A stretch of 64,000 nt of DNA from Rhodosorus marinus CCMP1338 (taxonomy: Eukaryota > Plantae > Rhodophyta). Position numbers and translations under genes: made by a program. The notes beneath the pieces were generated by a model. It searched no databases. It was not told the origin of the DNA and worked only from the letters and a program-made list of their open reading frames with translations. Of the stretch, positions 1-12,834 are shown piece by piece; the stretch's first letter is position 1, and the number at the start of each line of letters is the position of its first letter. Location of the stretch: positions 1,240,001 to 1,304,000 of the forward strand of contig JAMWBK010000002.1 in NCBI GenBank assembly GCA_029953675.1, in the 5' to 3' direction.

Positions 1-419
1 GGCCAAGTTCCTCGCTTGTCTGTCCGCAGAAAACCAAGCGATAGACGCGGTCGGGCTGGCCAATGCCTTAACTCCTGAAAAAAGAAGAAACGCAGGTATT
101 CTTCCCTGCCGCAGTGCAGCCACCCCTGACCAGCTCATCTTTCAACCCTGTTCTGATACTACTTTCAGCAAACAGAGAACTCCCTCCCTTATCCACATCT
201 TGTCGCTGAAAACTGTTCAAGGTCAAGAATAGCAAGAATCGGACCACATATGCGGTCGTTCAAACACATCCACCATTCGTCCTTGCTGATATTCTATCCC
301 TTAACGTCTTTCTCACATAACTTAACATTCTTTTCTGTTCTGCTAAAATGCGATGCTCAACTTTGCAACCTCATCCCCGTCGTTGACTCCATCCACGAAA
401 CAATCTAGCGAATGGTTTT

Positions 420-483
420 TGTGCAAGTGGGATTCGAACTCGCGACCTTTAGCAGGAAGCCAATATTTCGCTACCCCCCCCCC
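420..483 (-). pseudogene. Degenerate tRNA-like remnant (A-box and B-box), possibly SINE-derived
   Basis: Minus strand reads TAGCGAAATATTGG (A-box-like, 473-460), then GGTCGCGAGTTCGAATCCCAC (T-arm/B-box, 447-427). The spacing is about 12 nt too short for a cloverleaf and the stems pair poorly. Confidence 0.3.
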
Positions 484-930
484 TTCCAAAACTGTCTGCA
501 GAAATTAACGACGACCGCAATTAACGAAATTAGCACCCGGTTCGTAGTTTTCCATCCAAAAACAACACAATGTTTGAACAGAGGAGTAATTACATGAAAT
601 TTGTGTATTACAGCACTATTTGCGCTGAGTGGATTGTCGATTGGGATTTAGTCTGAAGTCATCGTATGTAATTACATGGTGATACTTCACGGTGAAATTA
701 GCCGGGTGGGTTTGAAAACCTCAGCGACGTTGTTATTTATGCTTTTTGACGCTGATTGCGTGTGTCATAGTCGTTTTGGGGTTGCGGAAGGGGCCCACTC
801 TCACGGTCATGTGGCTTGGGCTAGAAGACGGGCTTATTTATTACCGCGCTTTTTTTTTTTAATTTTCTGTAGCCCCGCAGCTTTACTCCGTCCAAGTGCG
901 GCTTAAGGGGCTCTTTGCCTGCTTCCGGAA

Positions 931-1467
931 ATGTCTCGAGATGAGAGGTCTTACGATGGACGAGCAGATGACAACGGGCGGGCGGTTTCAAGGGTGAAGA
1001 GGTCCTATGCTTGGAACTTCTTTCGGCAGGGAGAAAAGCGTGGCCTGTTCTGGGAAGCATTCTGCAATGCGTGCGAGAAAGAGGGGATCGAAGGGACTCC
1101 AGTGACGGGTCGCCCTGAGACCATGATCAATCATTTGAAAAATTGTCCCCATGTTAGTGAGGAAACCAAGCAGACGTTGACCCCCAACAGCCTACGTCTA
1201 TACAAGCGGAAACCGGAGGATTTGGCTCGGGAGATGAGAGGTGAGGGAATGGACGCGGGAGGCGACATGACTGCACCCTTCAAGAAACAAATATACAGTA
1301 AGAGCATGGAGGAAATGGAGCATGAGCGTGAAATGCTTCGGATGAAACAAGAGCATGAGATACGAATGCAGCGCGAGAAAGCCGAGGCAGAGCTCAGAAT
1401 GGAAGAGGCTCGCAAGGAATGGGTGATTTCCCTCGTTGAATCGCTGAACAAACGTGATCGAGAGTAG
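931..1467 (+). CDS. BED-type zinc-finger protein with C-terminal coiled coil (178 aa, single exon)
   Basis: KRSYAWNFF...FCNACEK...MINHLKNCP matches the zf-BED pattern (W-x-x-F, CxxC, HL-x2-C). The E/R/M-rich helical tail is EMLRMKQEHEIRMQREKAEAE. Confidence 0.75.
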   Translation: MSRDERSYDGRADDNGRAVSRVKRSYAWNFFRQGEKRGLFWEAFCNACEKEGIEGTPVTGRPETMINHLKNCPHVSEETKQTLTPNSLRLYKRKPEDLAREMRGEGMDAGGDMTAPFKKQIYSKSMEEMEHEREMLRMKQEHEIRMQREKAEAELRMEEARKEWVISLVESLNKRDRE

Positions 1468-4061
1468 CTGCGTGATGACAGTTAATCGAGTGGCTTTCGC
1501 ACCACATCCCGACGTTGATAAGCGACAACTCATCCATCCCACGTAGCCTCTGACATAGCCCTCGAGCTGCGGAGATGGTCGGGTGGACCCTTGGAAACTA
1601 AATATTATAAAGCTCCGCATATGCCTTCAATACCAACCCAGCCCCTGTCTCCCACAATTGGTTAGAATGAGTCTTGTATCGCAGAAACGTGAGGGAGCCT
1701 ATCTTGAAAGCGCGCACTCCGCCTTCCTCAGCCTTCCACACAATGAGCCCCGAGCAGAGGCAGGGTCCTCCCCTGTCGGAACTGGGCTTGGCCGCTCCTC
1801 GTCTGTCCGTCCCTACGCGCCAAGCGGAATTAGAAAAACGGACTCCGAAGCAAGCAAACCTTCGCGCCGACCACAACACCTCAAAACCTCAACCGGCGAG
1901 AAAACAAAGGTTTTTAGCCTGCTCTTTCCATATACAGAAGGGTACGAAAAAATGAAAGCTCAAAGGCACACACACTTCGGCCGTCCAGTCCGACACCTCC
2001 GCACCCAGACAACAAAAAGGTCACCGGCCACAACGACCCTTCCACTACCCCTCCTCCCGCCGTTCGGTTCAAAAATACGAATAAATCCTCTCTTGTCATC
2101 ATAAGCACAGCGAACGGCAGCAGCAGGTCACTTCAGATTGCTCCAGCCAACATAAACCAAAAGTTTATCCAAAACGAAACAAAACCTGAACGAGAGGGCA
2201 CTCAATCCCTCAACTAGAAACAAAATCCAATCTCGAGTTATATTGACTGAAAAAGTTATATAATTTAGTTTTTATGAATATCGTGCGAAGATTCATTGGT
2301 CTATTGATATTATAAACCAGAATTAAAATGCGTCCAATCTCTGCAGATTTCTTTCTTTTGTTAATGATTGGATAGATTTTTAGAGTATCAATCGTTATTA
2401 ATTCCATCAATCTGGTTACCGGGGGGCGGGGGGGGGGTGGCTCAATTGCATTTCAGGGGGGGTGTAAGAAGGCTTATGACACGCCCGACAAAGGCACAAG
2501 GAGGTTGCTGCTGCTGGTGGACTAGCAAAGTCAGTCAGGTAGACTAGAGTTTCAGTAAACACGAGGATCAGCAGTTTGTTTTTTACCTGTGACTTGCTTT
2601 TTCCCGTCCCGGATCAGCACCCTGAGTTGGTCGGTTGCTCAGTAAAACCATTGGGTGAACGACAGCTTCTGGATGAGGTTTATCAAGACGAGCTGCGTCG
2701 CCACGGAACCATGAAGCCAGCGAGAAGCTACGGCATGTACTAGATCAAGAGCATTCGATAACCAGTCGAACAAGACGACATCATGAAACTGAGGAATACA
2801 TGACAAAAGCCACCATCTCGCCATTAGCGGTCCCTTTTTCAAACTATGTGTGTTTTTGTTCAGAGTCCAGCTTCGTGGTGGAGCGTGAGGAGAAACAACG
2901 CTAAAGGCGCGCGACAGGCAAAAAAAGCAACGCTTTGAGCACCAGGGCCTCAGTAAAACCAAAGTCTGTAAAAGAGAAAACTCTTTCAGAAGCCTCAAGG
3001 AGATGCCCAGGCGCACTGCCCAAGACCCGCCACGAACACAAAACCAAAAGGGCCCCTTCAACCCTTTTAGAACAACAAAAACAAACAGTTCTGTTTTTTA
3101 CCTTTGCTGGCGACGTTTCATAAATTTACTTCTTCTCTTTTAATTTGTTTTAACGAACAGTTTCATCAGGGAATCGCTCTCCACGGCCACTTTCCACAAT
3201 TGACTTTCTACCGGGCTCAAAAAACTTCCAATTCCTTCCTTCTATTATTTATTATTTTTCCAGAACGGTAAAGGAAAACTTGACTACATCCTTACGGGGT
3301 AGGGTGGGCGTGGTGGGGAGGGGGGCGGAGTGGGAGGGGTGGGGGTTTCTTTTCTGCTACCGTTCATGTGCGAGAAATATAAACTGTCGAAAAAGTTTGA
3401 GATTGATCTGCCCCCTGAGGGGTTACATAGTAGAAACTATATTGTTGAATTCGATGTTTGAAAATATTCATTAATTTTGATTGTATTGCTTATAAATAGG
3501 CAGTCGGCCGGGGGTAATTCTGATTGGAATTTGGTAGAAGGCTTTAGAGGAATGAATGAGAAGGCCCTTTGCAGGATTGAAGGACGGAGTGACCGGGGGG
3601 GGTGGTTGGAGGTTAGCTAGTGTTGTTGATGGCGGCTATGTGAAGGAGGCGAATTGTTATTATTGGCTATTAGTCACGGCTGTTTACGATTTTGGGACAG
3701 GAGGAAGCTCTTTAGGTGTGCTTGTTTTGAGGTGTTTATGGTTCGATATGGATATATTGTTAGAAGTTGGAGGGTATAGTTGTTTCCGGGGGGTGGGGAA
3801 GTGAGCGGATGGAAGGGGATGGAGGGGCAGGTTTCAGGGAGGTGGGGTGGTGGGGGGGGAGGAGGAGGGGATGAAAGGGAGTACTGTGAAGTGCTGAGGA
3901 AGGGGGAGTTCCATGGTGTGACTAATAGAGGACTCCGCTGTGGAGTTTGGGAATGGGTTTTTGAAGGTGGTTGTTGATGTTGATGTTGGCTTGCAATGGG
4001 CTTGGGAAGGGAATGAGTTTTGCTAGAGTGGTGTGGTTGCGTTGAGGCCGTTCGAAATACC

Positions 4062-5535
4062 ATGGCTTATGTTGGGGGCCGTGGGATGGAGGGTTTGGGG
4101 CTCGTGAAAGAGGAGAGCGTTTTCGAACCCGATTTGGACTCGTTTTTGAATGAAGAGGGCGAGGTCGTGGAGGGGCGGAAGCAGGTGGCGCAAGAACAGG
4201 ATTGGGATAGACTGCTTGGTTTCGGAGCAGAGAAAGGTCTCCAGCCGGCAGAGCAGCCCGGGCAAGGCGATGGATTCTTGCAAGGCGTAGTGAACACGGA
4301 GTCAGCAACAGCAGCTGTGGAGAATCAATTATTTTATGGTGATGACTTCTTTGGCGTTCCGGATCAGAGCTTAGGTTTGGGAACTCTTTCAGAACCGCTG
4401 GGTGGGGCTAGTTTCGATACCCAGAATCTTGACTTTCAAGCTGGAAACCAAGAAGTTCAGGTTGCACAAAACCATGTTGGACATGATGTGCAGAGTCTCG
4501 ACTTGGCAGCTCTATCAGGGCAACCTTTACAACGACCGGGCTTTCAGCGCAGTATCACAACAGATGTATTGATGGGAACTGGAAGTAGTAGTATGCAGAT
4601 GACGGAAAGTGGCAGTTCTTTCAGTCGGAACCTTCTCGATACAGGGCTGAAGTTGGAACACTCAGGCAAAGGAGGAAAGCGAAAAGCATTCGAGCAACGA
4701 CGCCACGGCGGGAGTTTCGATGGGGCGACAAAGGCTCGGGTCTTCCCGAGTGAGTCAAGGAGTCTGGACAACCTAGCAGAGCACGTGAGGGGAATTTCGG
4801 TGCAGGAACCATCTGTCAAAAACTGCAAGTGCCATGTCTGTGGGAAATCGTTTGCAAAGAAGTAAGTGTCCCAGCAAAGGTGAATGTAATAGTGCGAACA
4901 ACCGGGAGTCGGTCGTTTCGTGGTAAGCACGTTTAGTACGTGTCATGTCCTGTTGGTAGCTGATGCTTTTCCACTTCGGTTTTTTTCAGATATACGCTAA
5001 TACAACATCAGCGAATTCATAATAACGAGAGGTCACACAAATGTCCAATCGAGGGGTGTGGAAGGGATTTTGTGCAGAGGGCTAATCTCTCCCAGCACAT
5101 GAGATACCATACGGGTGAAAAGTAAGCTCATTGCGCGATGATCTCGTTAGGTGTTCCACAGTCCTTAGGTTTAGACCCACTGACCTCACAGTCCGGATGT
5201 GAATAGGCCTTACGTTTGCGACGAACCTCATTGCAATGCAGCATACTATCAATTGGCCAACTTGAAGAGCCACCTGAAAGCCAAACATGGTATGGACCTA
5301 ACTCCAGCTGCTGACAGGTCTGAGTTTGGTTTAAGGTCCGTGTGCATCACAACTGATTGATAGCTTCTTATATTGTGTAGGCCGAGACGCGCCGAGAAAG
5401 TGCAGAATCCGAGGATGCGGAAAGGGTTTTGTCACTGTTGAAGAACTCAACGAGCATCTTCGAGTAGAGCATGGAAGAGCACCTATCGCGCCTCCGAAGG
5501 GACTCGGCTCTTCCAATTCTAGTGGACATTCTTGA
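4062..5535 (+). CDS. C2H2 zinc-finger transcription factor (4 fingers, 4 exons)
   Basis: Exons 4062-4861, 4990-5121, 5207-5289 and 5381-5535 are joined by GT-AG introns. They give [74 protein letters not shown] and [24 protein letters not shown]. Confidence 0.92.
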
Positions 5536-6952
5536 TGATGGTTGGAACTAAGTGGTGTAGCGCCTCGCCGACGCAGACGTGCCAGAGCTGACAACGGCTT
5601 GTCAGCAGAAGTAGGTGCTCGGTTCATAAACCGATTTTTTTATTCATCATCTTACTAGAATGTGAAAGTCCCGGTTATGGAGTCCTTCTCCCGGGTCTGG
5701 GCGGCGAAGTAAGTGCAGTGCATGACCGAGCAAGCGCGGACTATCTACTATGTGATGGGTCAATGGAAAGTCCAGTTTTGTGTTTTTTGTTTAAGTTTTG
5801 GTTGGTTTTACTTTCTCAAACTCGGGATGAAGATGAGGAGTCCTTCCTCTTATATTTTAGCTGCCGAATCTTTCAAAAAGATGGGGCACGCAACTTTTGT
5901 CATAGTTACACTGACCGGTTTCCAAGACTGCGACGTTGCATACGATTTCCACTATCCTAAGCTATTGAGTTTATAGTTCCCTTTCACTTCTAACGCAGAT
6001 GTAGCTTGCGCGTAGGTACAATTGACTGACGTCAGCGTTGATGGAGAGAAGAGTCGACGAAATTGTCAAAGGGTGAATCGCAAGGTGGGTGTTTCGCCAT
6101 GCAAAATTTTGTTTTTGAGTTTCGAAATTGCCGCCCGTTTCGCGGAGATTTCGCGGCGGTTTTGTCGACTACTACGTGTGTTTTACTGCATGCATCGTGG
6201 AGGACTTCCTTATCCCATGTTCGGAAAGAGTTTACCCAGTGCTCATTCGACGAATCTCAAGTCCGCGATGCAGAACAAAGTTAGAGAGGGTTGGGCAGCA
6301 AGCCGGTGTTTTAGGGTCTCGAGCTTGTGAATCAATCAATGCTTTCACATATACTAATTTAGCTTGCAGTGCGCTGCGACCTAGCTGGTGCCCACGGGGT
6401 GATTGGCTTGCGCCTAGAGAACTTACTCTAACGTTTTTTGATTGTTTCGGCTGTGCAGATTTAAACGACAATGATTGGGACCATGGGTTCCACCGTTGAA
6501 GTCCACCAACTGGCGAACAATTGCCATTGAATTAGTTGCGAGAGATACATGAAACGGTCGCGCTGGGAAATTTTCCGTTCACAGTCGCGCAGGATGAGAA
6601 ACTAGTGGGATCAGCACGTCTTCTTTAATAAGTGAATACCGCACCAATTTGGTGGAGAAGTCTGATACCTAGAGCAGGTGTACATAGAGTCATCAATGAA
6701 GGAGTCTTAGCCCGCCTTATTAAGCGAAGACAAGGGCAAGCTCCCTCGCGGAGCTCATGAAGCTCACAGCTCGTTTAGTTTATCTTTGTGTTATGATGTA
6801 GACGTTCTCTTCGACTGTAGAAGAAGCCATGGCGGGAAGATTAAAACGAACGCGAATGGCGGTCTCGGTGACGATGTTGCCCAATGATTTGGCACTGTCC
6901 AACACAAGAGCAACCTTATAGACTTCAGAATCAACGTCGGGCGCTCGTTCTT

Positions 6953-7830
<878 letters not shown>

Positions 7831-9211
7831 TCACCGGAACAGAGCACAGGCCTCTTCGTCATCCAAAAGCAACTACGAAACGCTCCATGCAAACCAATTC
7901 TCAAACTTCCATCCTGTTAGTTACAACATTCTCATCTCGCACTCGTATCAAATGTCTCTACCTTTCGGTCTTATTCAAGAGGATCGCTCCACTCAGCCAG
8001 CCCCACCTGCCTCCTCTCCAGACACATCTCCATTTTAGCTGTTTGCCGTTTGTTGACACCACGTCACTAAAGCCCTCAGTAATCTCTAACACGTCAAAAC
8101 CCCTTCTCTTTCTTATTGAAAGAAATACTATTTAATAATTTCCCAAATTGGAATAATATTCGCCACTCATAGGCCGAGAACAGTTTCAACTTGCAATCTA
8201 TTTTCTCTGAAAAACAAATATTCTGAATCTGTTCGATTTTGCTAAAAATAGAATCGTTTCCTTTCTACATCATCAATCAAAAATGAATAAGAAAATGAAT
8301 TATTTAACGACGCGTGTCTCATACGTTCAAAATTGATTGACTGGTCTGAATCGGTGGTTTGGGAGTGTTGAATCCTTGAATATTGTTAAACATTTTACTG
8401 TCTCTTTGTGGAGGGGGTTACAGGACATGCAGAGCGTGTTCAGGGTGAGTTTGTCCCCTGACCGGAATCAGGTCCTTGCTGTGGGAGGCTAGTGGATCAG
8501 TAATGTCCGTTTCGACTACCCATCCTGTTTGACGGAGCGCTTTCGAGAGGTTGAGTTGTCGATGCTGATCTCTTGATGCTTTTCGGGAACGAGATCTGTT
8601 GTTGGACTTTTTAGTGGGATTTCTGGCATTTTGCTGGGATGAAAGGCCGCAGGTTCAAGGCAGACCCCAGAAGCGGTGCTCCGTTAAACAACATGTCAAC
8701 CCTCCCTCAGTTCACATCCAATCTGACCGTCAGTCTATGGTTAAACATCTTGCGGCGCCAATGTTATACAGCTCTCCCCTGAAACTGAACTGGGCAACTG
8801 TTCCGAAACTAAAGCACACTATATTGAACCATGCGCCACATGATACATTAACGTCAATAACTCCATATTTCAATGTGTTTCCAGTAGGAAACAAATGATA
8901 AAATATATAATTTTGCTCGTAAAACATAAATATTTTGTGCTAGTGTACAATTTTGTATTCTAAGTCTGGTGCATTTATTTAGGAACACATTTGCTACGGA
9001 TCCTTCTTCCGATGAGAACTCAGGTTCGATGGAGCTGCTTGTGCTCCCGGAGGTCTTATGGTGTGAGCGTTCTCTTGGGAAGTCGTCTCTATATGGGTTT
9101 GGTTAGCGCCCATGGATGGCTATTGGGTTGGCATCTGATTTGTTTCTTTGAGCAAGAAGACAAAAGGATTTGGAGGAGGAAATCGGTTGGGAAAGATTGA
9201 CGCCTTAAAAT

Positions 9212-9975
9212 ATGGCAATGACTGAAGAGGTTTTGGGAATCGTTGGTGGGCTGCTGGTTGGATTCCTGATCGGCCGGAGCAGAGGCGGAGGCGGAGCAGG
9301 AGGAGGTGGCTTTGACGGAGTGTTTTCTGAAGGGAGCGGATTGCGTGGAGAGTACAAGATCGTTCTCTGTGTGCGGACGGTATGGTTTTTCTTTCCAACA
9401 TGATTGGTGCAGTGTTGGCTTTGCCTCCGGCCTAATTGCTAGCTGATCGTTTCTTTTCCTGACACGCTGAATAATGGTAATTGAATTCGGCTAGGATTTG
9501 GGTATGAAGAAGGGAAAGATTGCGGCTCAATGTGGACACGCGACTTTGGGAGTATACAAGGAGGCTGTGAGGTTCAGGCCGAGAGAAGTGAATGCTTGGG
9601 AGGAGAATGCTCAACCAAAGATCGCGGTAAGTGGTGTGTCTCGTCAACATGACTTGATGTCGTTCTCCGCGATTAAGTACTTTGTTTCGGTTGTTTTCTT
9701 AATTGTAGCTTCAAATCAAGTCAATGAACGAAGCAAGAGGTCTTGAGAGAGCCGCGAGAAGCAGAGGAATTCCCACTTACATGGTTTATGATGCTGGTCG
9801 AACGCAAATATCAGCCGTAAGTGAAGCCGAGATGACCCTAATCTATCCTAGCTTGTTCAACCCGGCTTACTATATCGGTTCCGCTCGGTTGCAGGGAAGC
9901 ATGACTGTTCTTGCAATAGGACCAGCGCGGAAGGATGAGCTTGACGCTATTACTGGGAAGCTGAAGCTCCTTTAG
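9212..9975 (+). CDS. PTRH2: Peptidyl-tRNA hydrolase 2 (Pth2/Bit1 family), 4 exons
   Basis: N-terminal TM segment and Gly-rich linker, then VLCVRT|[36 protein letters not shown] and ITGKLKLL*. Confidence 0.95.
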
Positions 9976-10336
9976 ACTGTAGCTATCTGTGGATGCACAC
10001 TACACACTAGGAAAAGTGTTAACGCCCGTTGTACCCTAACTTTCCGGAAACATATTAGGCCTAACTAACTTTACAGCACTATGCTTCCTTCAGTCTACGA
10101 AGAATCCGGCTCTTGCGGCCTGTAATTTGATATCAGACAGGCTCGCTACTGTTCCAGATGTGGGAGGAAACCTGACACTCTGAAACTTCTTGAGCGTAGC
10201 ATCCTTGAAGCCTACGGCGAAAAATAATTTTTAATAAAGACCAACGTGAACTTATTTAAGAATAGCCTCCAGGGTCAAGCTTGTTGGTCTTCCTCTATTG
10301 ACGCTGGTTTTCAGTCCGTGTCATTCTCCTCGGTCA

Positions 10337-11479
10337 TTATCGAGAAAAGACGACGGAGATCACCTTCGAACAGAACATCGGAGCCTCAGCAAAGTCGAAA
10401 ATGATGCTATCGCGCATGTAGCTGGGTAGCTCAGTGAGGTTCTCGGTTTCTATGGGTTCGTACTCTACATCTTCACCGGAAACTGTCAGTTGGAAGCGCA
10501 TCTGTGGGCATAGAACAGAAGCAGCTCATAGTGAGACAATCTGGAACCCCCGCTCCGAAGTATTTAGACATTATCTGATTGACTTACCTGGCGTTGCCTC
10601 TCGGCGTTTACAACGAGAATCGTGAAAGCGTTGGGGGCAGTCTGATTCACAACAGCCCCGGTAAGTATCTGCAAGATTCTAATAATACCTTCACAGGACC
10701 CTGGCTCAGAGGAAATCTCGCTAGTGGTGATTGCCTTGACCTTCTCTTCTGGAACTTCCTTGCGGGATTCGAGTTTGTCGTTGGACGAATCCTGCATTTC
10801 CAGAGCCTTCAGCTCGAACTCAACAAGCTGAGTTTTGATTTCAAGGAGCTCAGTCCTCAGGGCGGCATTTTCACGACGGTAGATTTCAACGTCCTTGTAT
10901 GCATTGACTTCTTTGCTCTTTTGAGTAAGTGTTCGAAGTCGATCTACTTCATCCTTGTACCGAGTCAACAGTTCGTCGGCAGCCTGATCAAGGTGAACGA
11001 ATTTGCGAGAGCTTTTAGATGAAACTGCTCACTGAGAAACTGACGTTTCAAGTTCTTAAGAGCATGCCCAGGCAATAACGAACCGTAGAACGTTCAGTAA
11101 CGGACTGCTTATATTGCTGATATATATTCTCTACGTCGGAGAATCTCAGTTCCTTCAGCTTATCGTATTTCGTCTGAAGTACGGCCATCTCCTCACGAAG
11201 CTGTGCTTCTCGTTTTCTGATGCCTTCACGATCCTTTCTCTCTTCATTTTCATAGAACGAAAACCGTCTCTTCTTAGAATTCGCTGCATCTGCCCGTTGA
11301 GCATCGGGCAAATCTCCGCCTGTTGGTATGTTAGAATCCACTTTCGAGAGGGGCTTCTTTTTCACAATCTTCTTCTTCGTTGAGAATGTCTGGACCGCGG
11401 AGTCTTCTCGCCTCTCAGATCCGGATTTCACCGCCAGCCTCTCGGACATGCGCCGTTGCGGGACCTCACTCCTCATCAT
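10337..11479 (-). CDS. CSM1: Csm1/Pcs1 (monopolin core, plant TITAN9-like) kinetochore protein, 3 exons
   Basis: Coiled coil LQTKYDKLKELRFSDVENIYQQYKQ. The last exon (10501-10337) reads MRFQLTVSGEDVEYEPIETENLTELPSYMRDSIIFDFAEAPMFCSKVISVVFSR*, which resembles the Csm1 C-terminal RWD fold (yeast LPEYLFETLSFP). Confidence 0.72.
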
Positions 11480-12834
11480 ATCTCAAACCACAAACAGAGG
11501 AAAACACAGCTCCACTAACAATTCAGAAACGCCTACAAACCACACCCTGTCTTATGGGCTTCCCATTCAATCTCGACGATGAACTTCTCCAGTCTCCACT
11601 TTTCGTCTTGCTTAGACCCACCTGTTCAGACTCGCCGGTCCAACCGTCATTACCCCATCCTCATCAATCAACCGAGTCGTTCATCCAGTAAAGGATCCAA
11701 TCCCAACGGCAAGTCACAATTATTATCGAAAAACGAACTATTGGAGTTCTTTAAATTTAAATATGTAACGTCTCATATTCAATCTATATTTGTCTACTGT
11801 AAGCGTATAATGATTGAATTTCCAAGTCTTTTTATTTCGAGCCGATGATGCATTGACACGACCGGACGTTGTGTCGAAAACCGACGAGCTGAGCTAGGAC
11901 AGTCTATGGATCATGGGATCTAGAATCTGGTGAGGTGATAGGATCTATAACCATCCCGAAGAATGAGTCCTGCGAGTACCTCTTCCTATGACTTGACTTG
12001 AGTCAGCCTACGTCCTCTGCCAGCGGACACTACATTTTCTTGTCAGGGGTTCAGGGGAGTAGGATTTTTGAAAGCGCAACTCTGATCCCCAGATTACACG
12101 ATCATAGAAAAGGACAGGACTTCATCACCACTTCCATCGATTCGCAAGAGGCGGGGGAAGACAAACCTTTTCAACTTTTTGAAGGTACCCGGATTTCCAA
12201 CACAGCAGTTTCAGACTCCGTCCGGAGGAGCTGCCCTACTCTGGCTTACGAACTCACCAAGGTCCTGACTAAGAAGAAACAGCATACTAAAACCTGTCTT
12301 AAACTGTCTAGAGAGTTCGCTATCCTAACAATCAACCAGACCTCAAGACATCCAACCTCTCCCATCCCCTTTTTATTCAATACGACTAGGACAGACTGTC
12401 CCACTCCGGAGAGCCACCTGCGCTTTGGTTTGTCTACCGAAGGGGTCGTCGATGGGAGTTCTAGTGGAGCTTGTGAGTTTTCAACGACAATGGGATGATG
12501 AGCAGACGTTACGGAACTAAAGCAGGATAATATATTGGCTGGAAAGGGTGCTTACCAACGAAAGGTTCCCTTTTGTTATATAAGTCATTTGATAAATCAA
12601 AATCTGAGATGTCTGGGTAAAGGCGAGTGGTTCCGATGGATGTGCAGGTTCGGGGTTCAAGGGGATGAAGAGTTGTATTTTGTATTTTGGGGTTTGTAGG
12701 ACTGTAGAGGCTTGAGCATTTCGGGGGGAAGGGGGGGGGCCGGGGGGGGCGGGGAGGGAGGAGGAAGAAGGTCGCCATTATGAGCGTATGAGCGACCTTT
12801 AAAGGTTGCGCTTTTTCCTCGGCCCTTAGTTGGA

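Noticed and set aside
1-138. Minus-strand ATG frame (MSWSGVAALRQGRIPAF...) running off the left edge
   Set aside because: Only 46 codons are visible and there is no recognisable motif, so it cannot be supported without the adjacent sequence.
1583-3123. Several overlapping 60-170 aa ORFs, including an MPN-like VVHPMVLLS snippet near 2640-2670 (minus strand)
   Set aside because: No consistent splice model or domain; the MPN similarity does not continue.
6190-6284. LSHVRKEFTQCSFDESQV resembles the pyridoxamine-phosphate oxidase N-terminus
   Set aside because: A stop follows immediately and no downstream PNPO motifs were found in any frame.
11998-12498. 166-codon ORF between CSM1 and SAMHD1
   Set aside because: It starts at TTG, has no recognisable domain and lies in a divergent promoter region.
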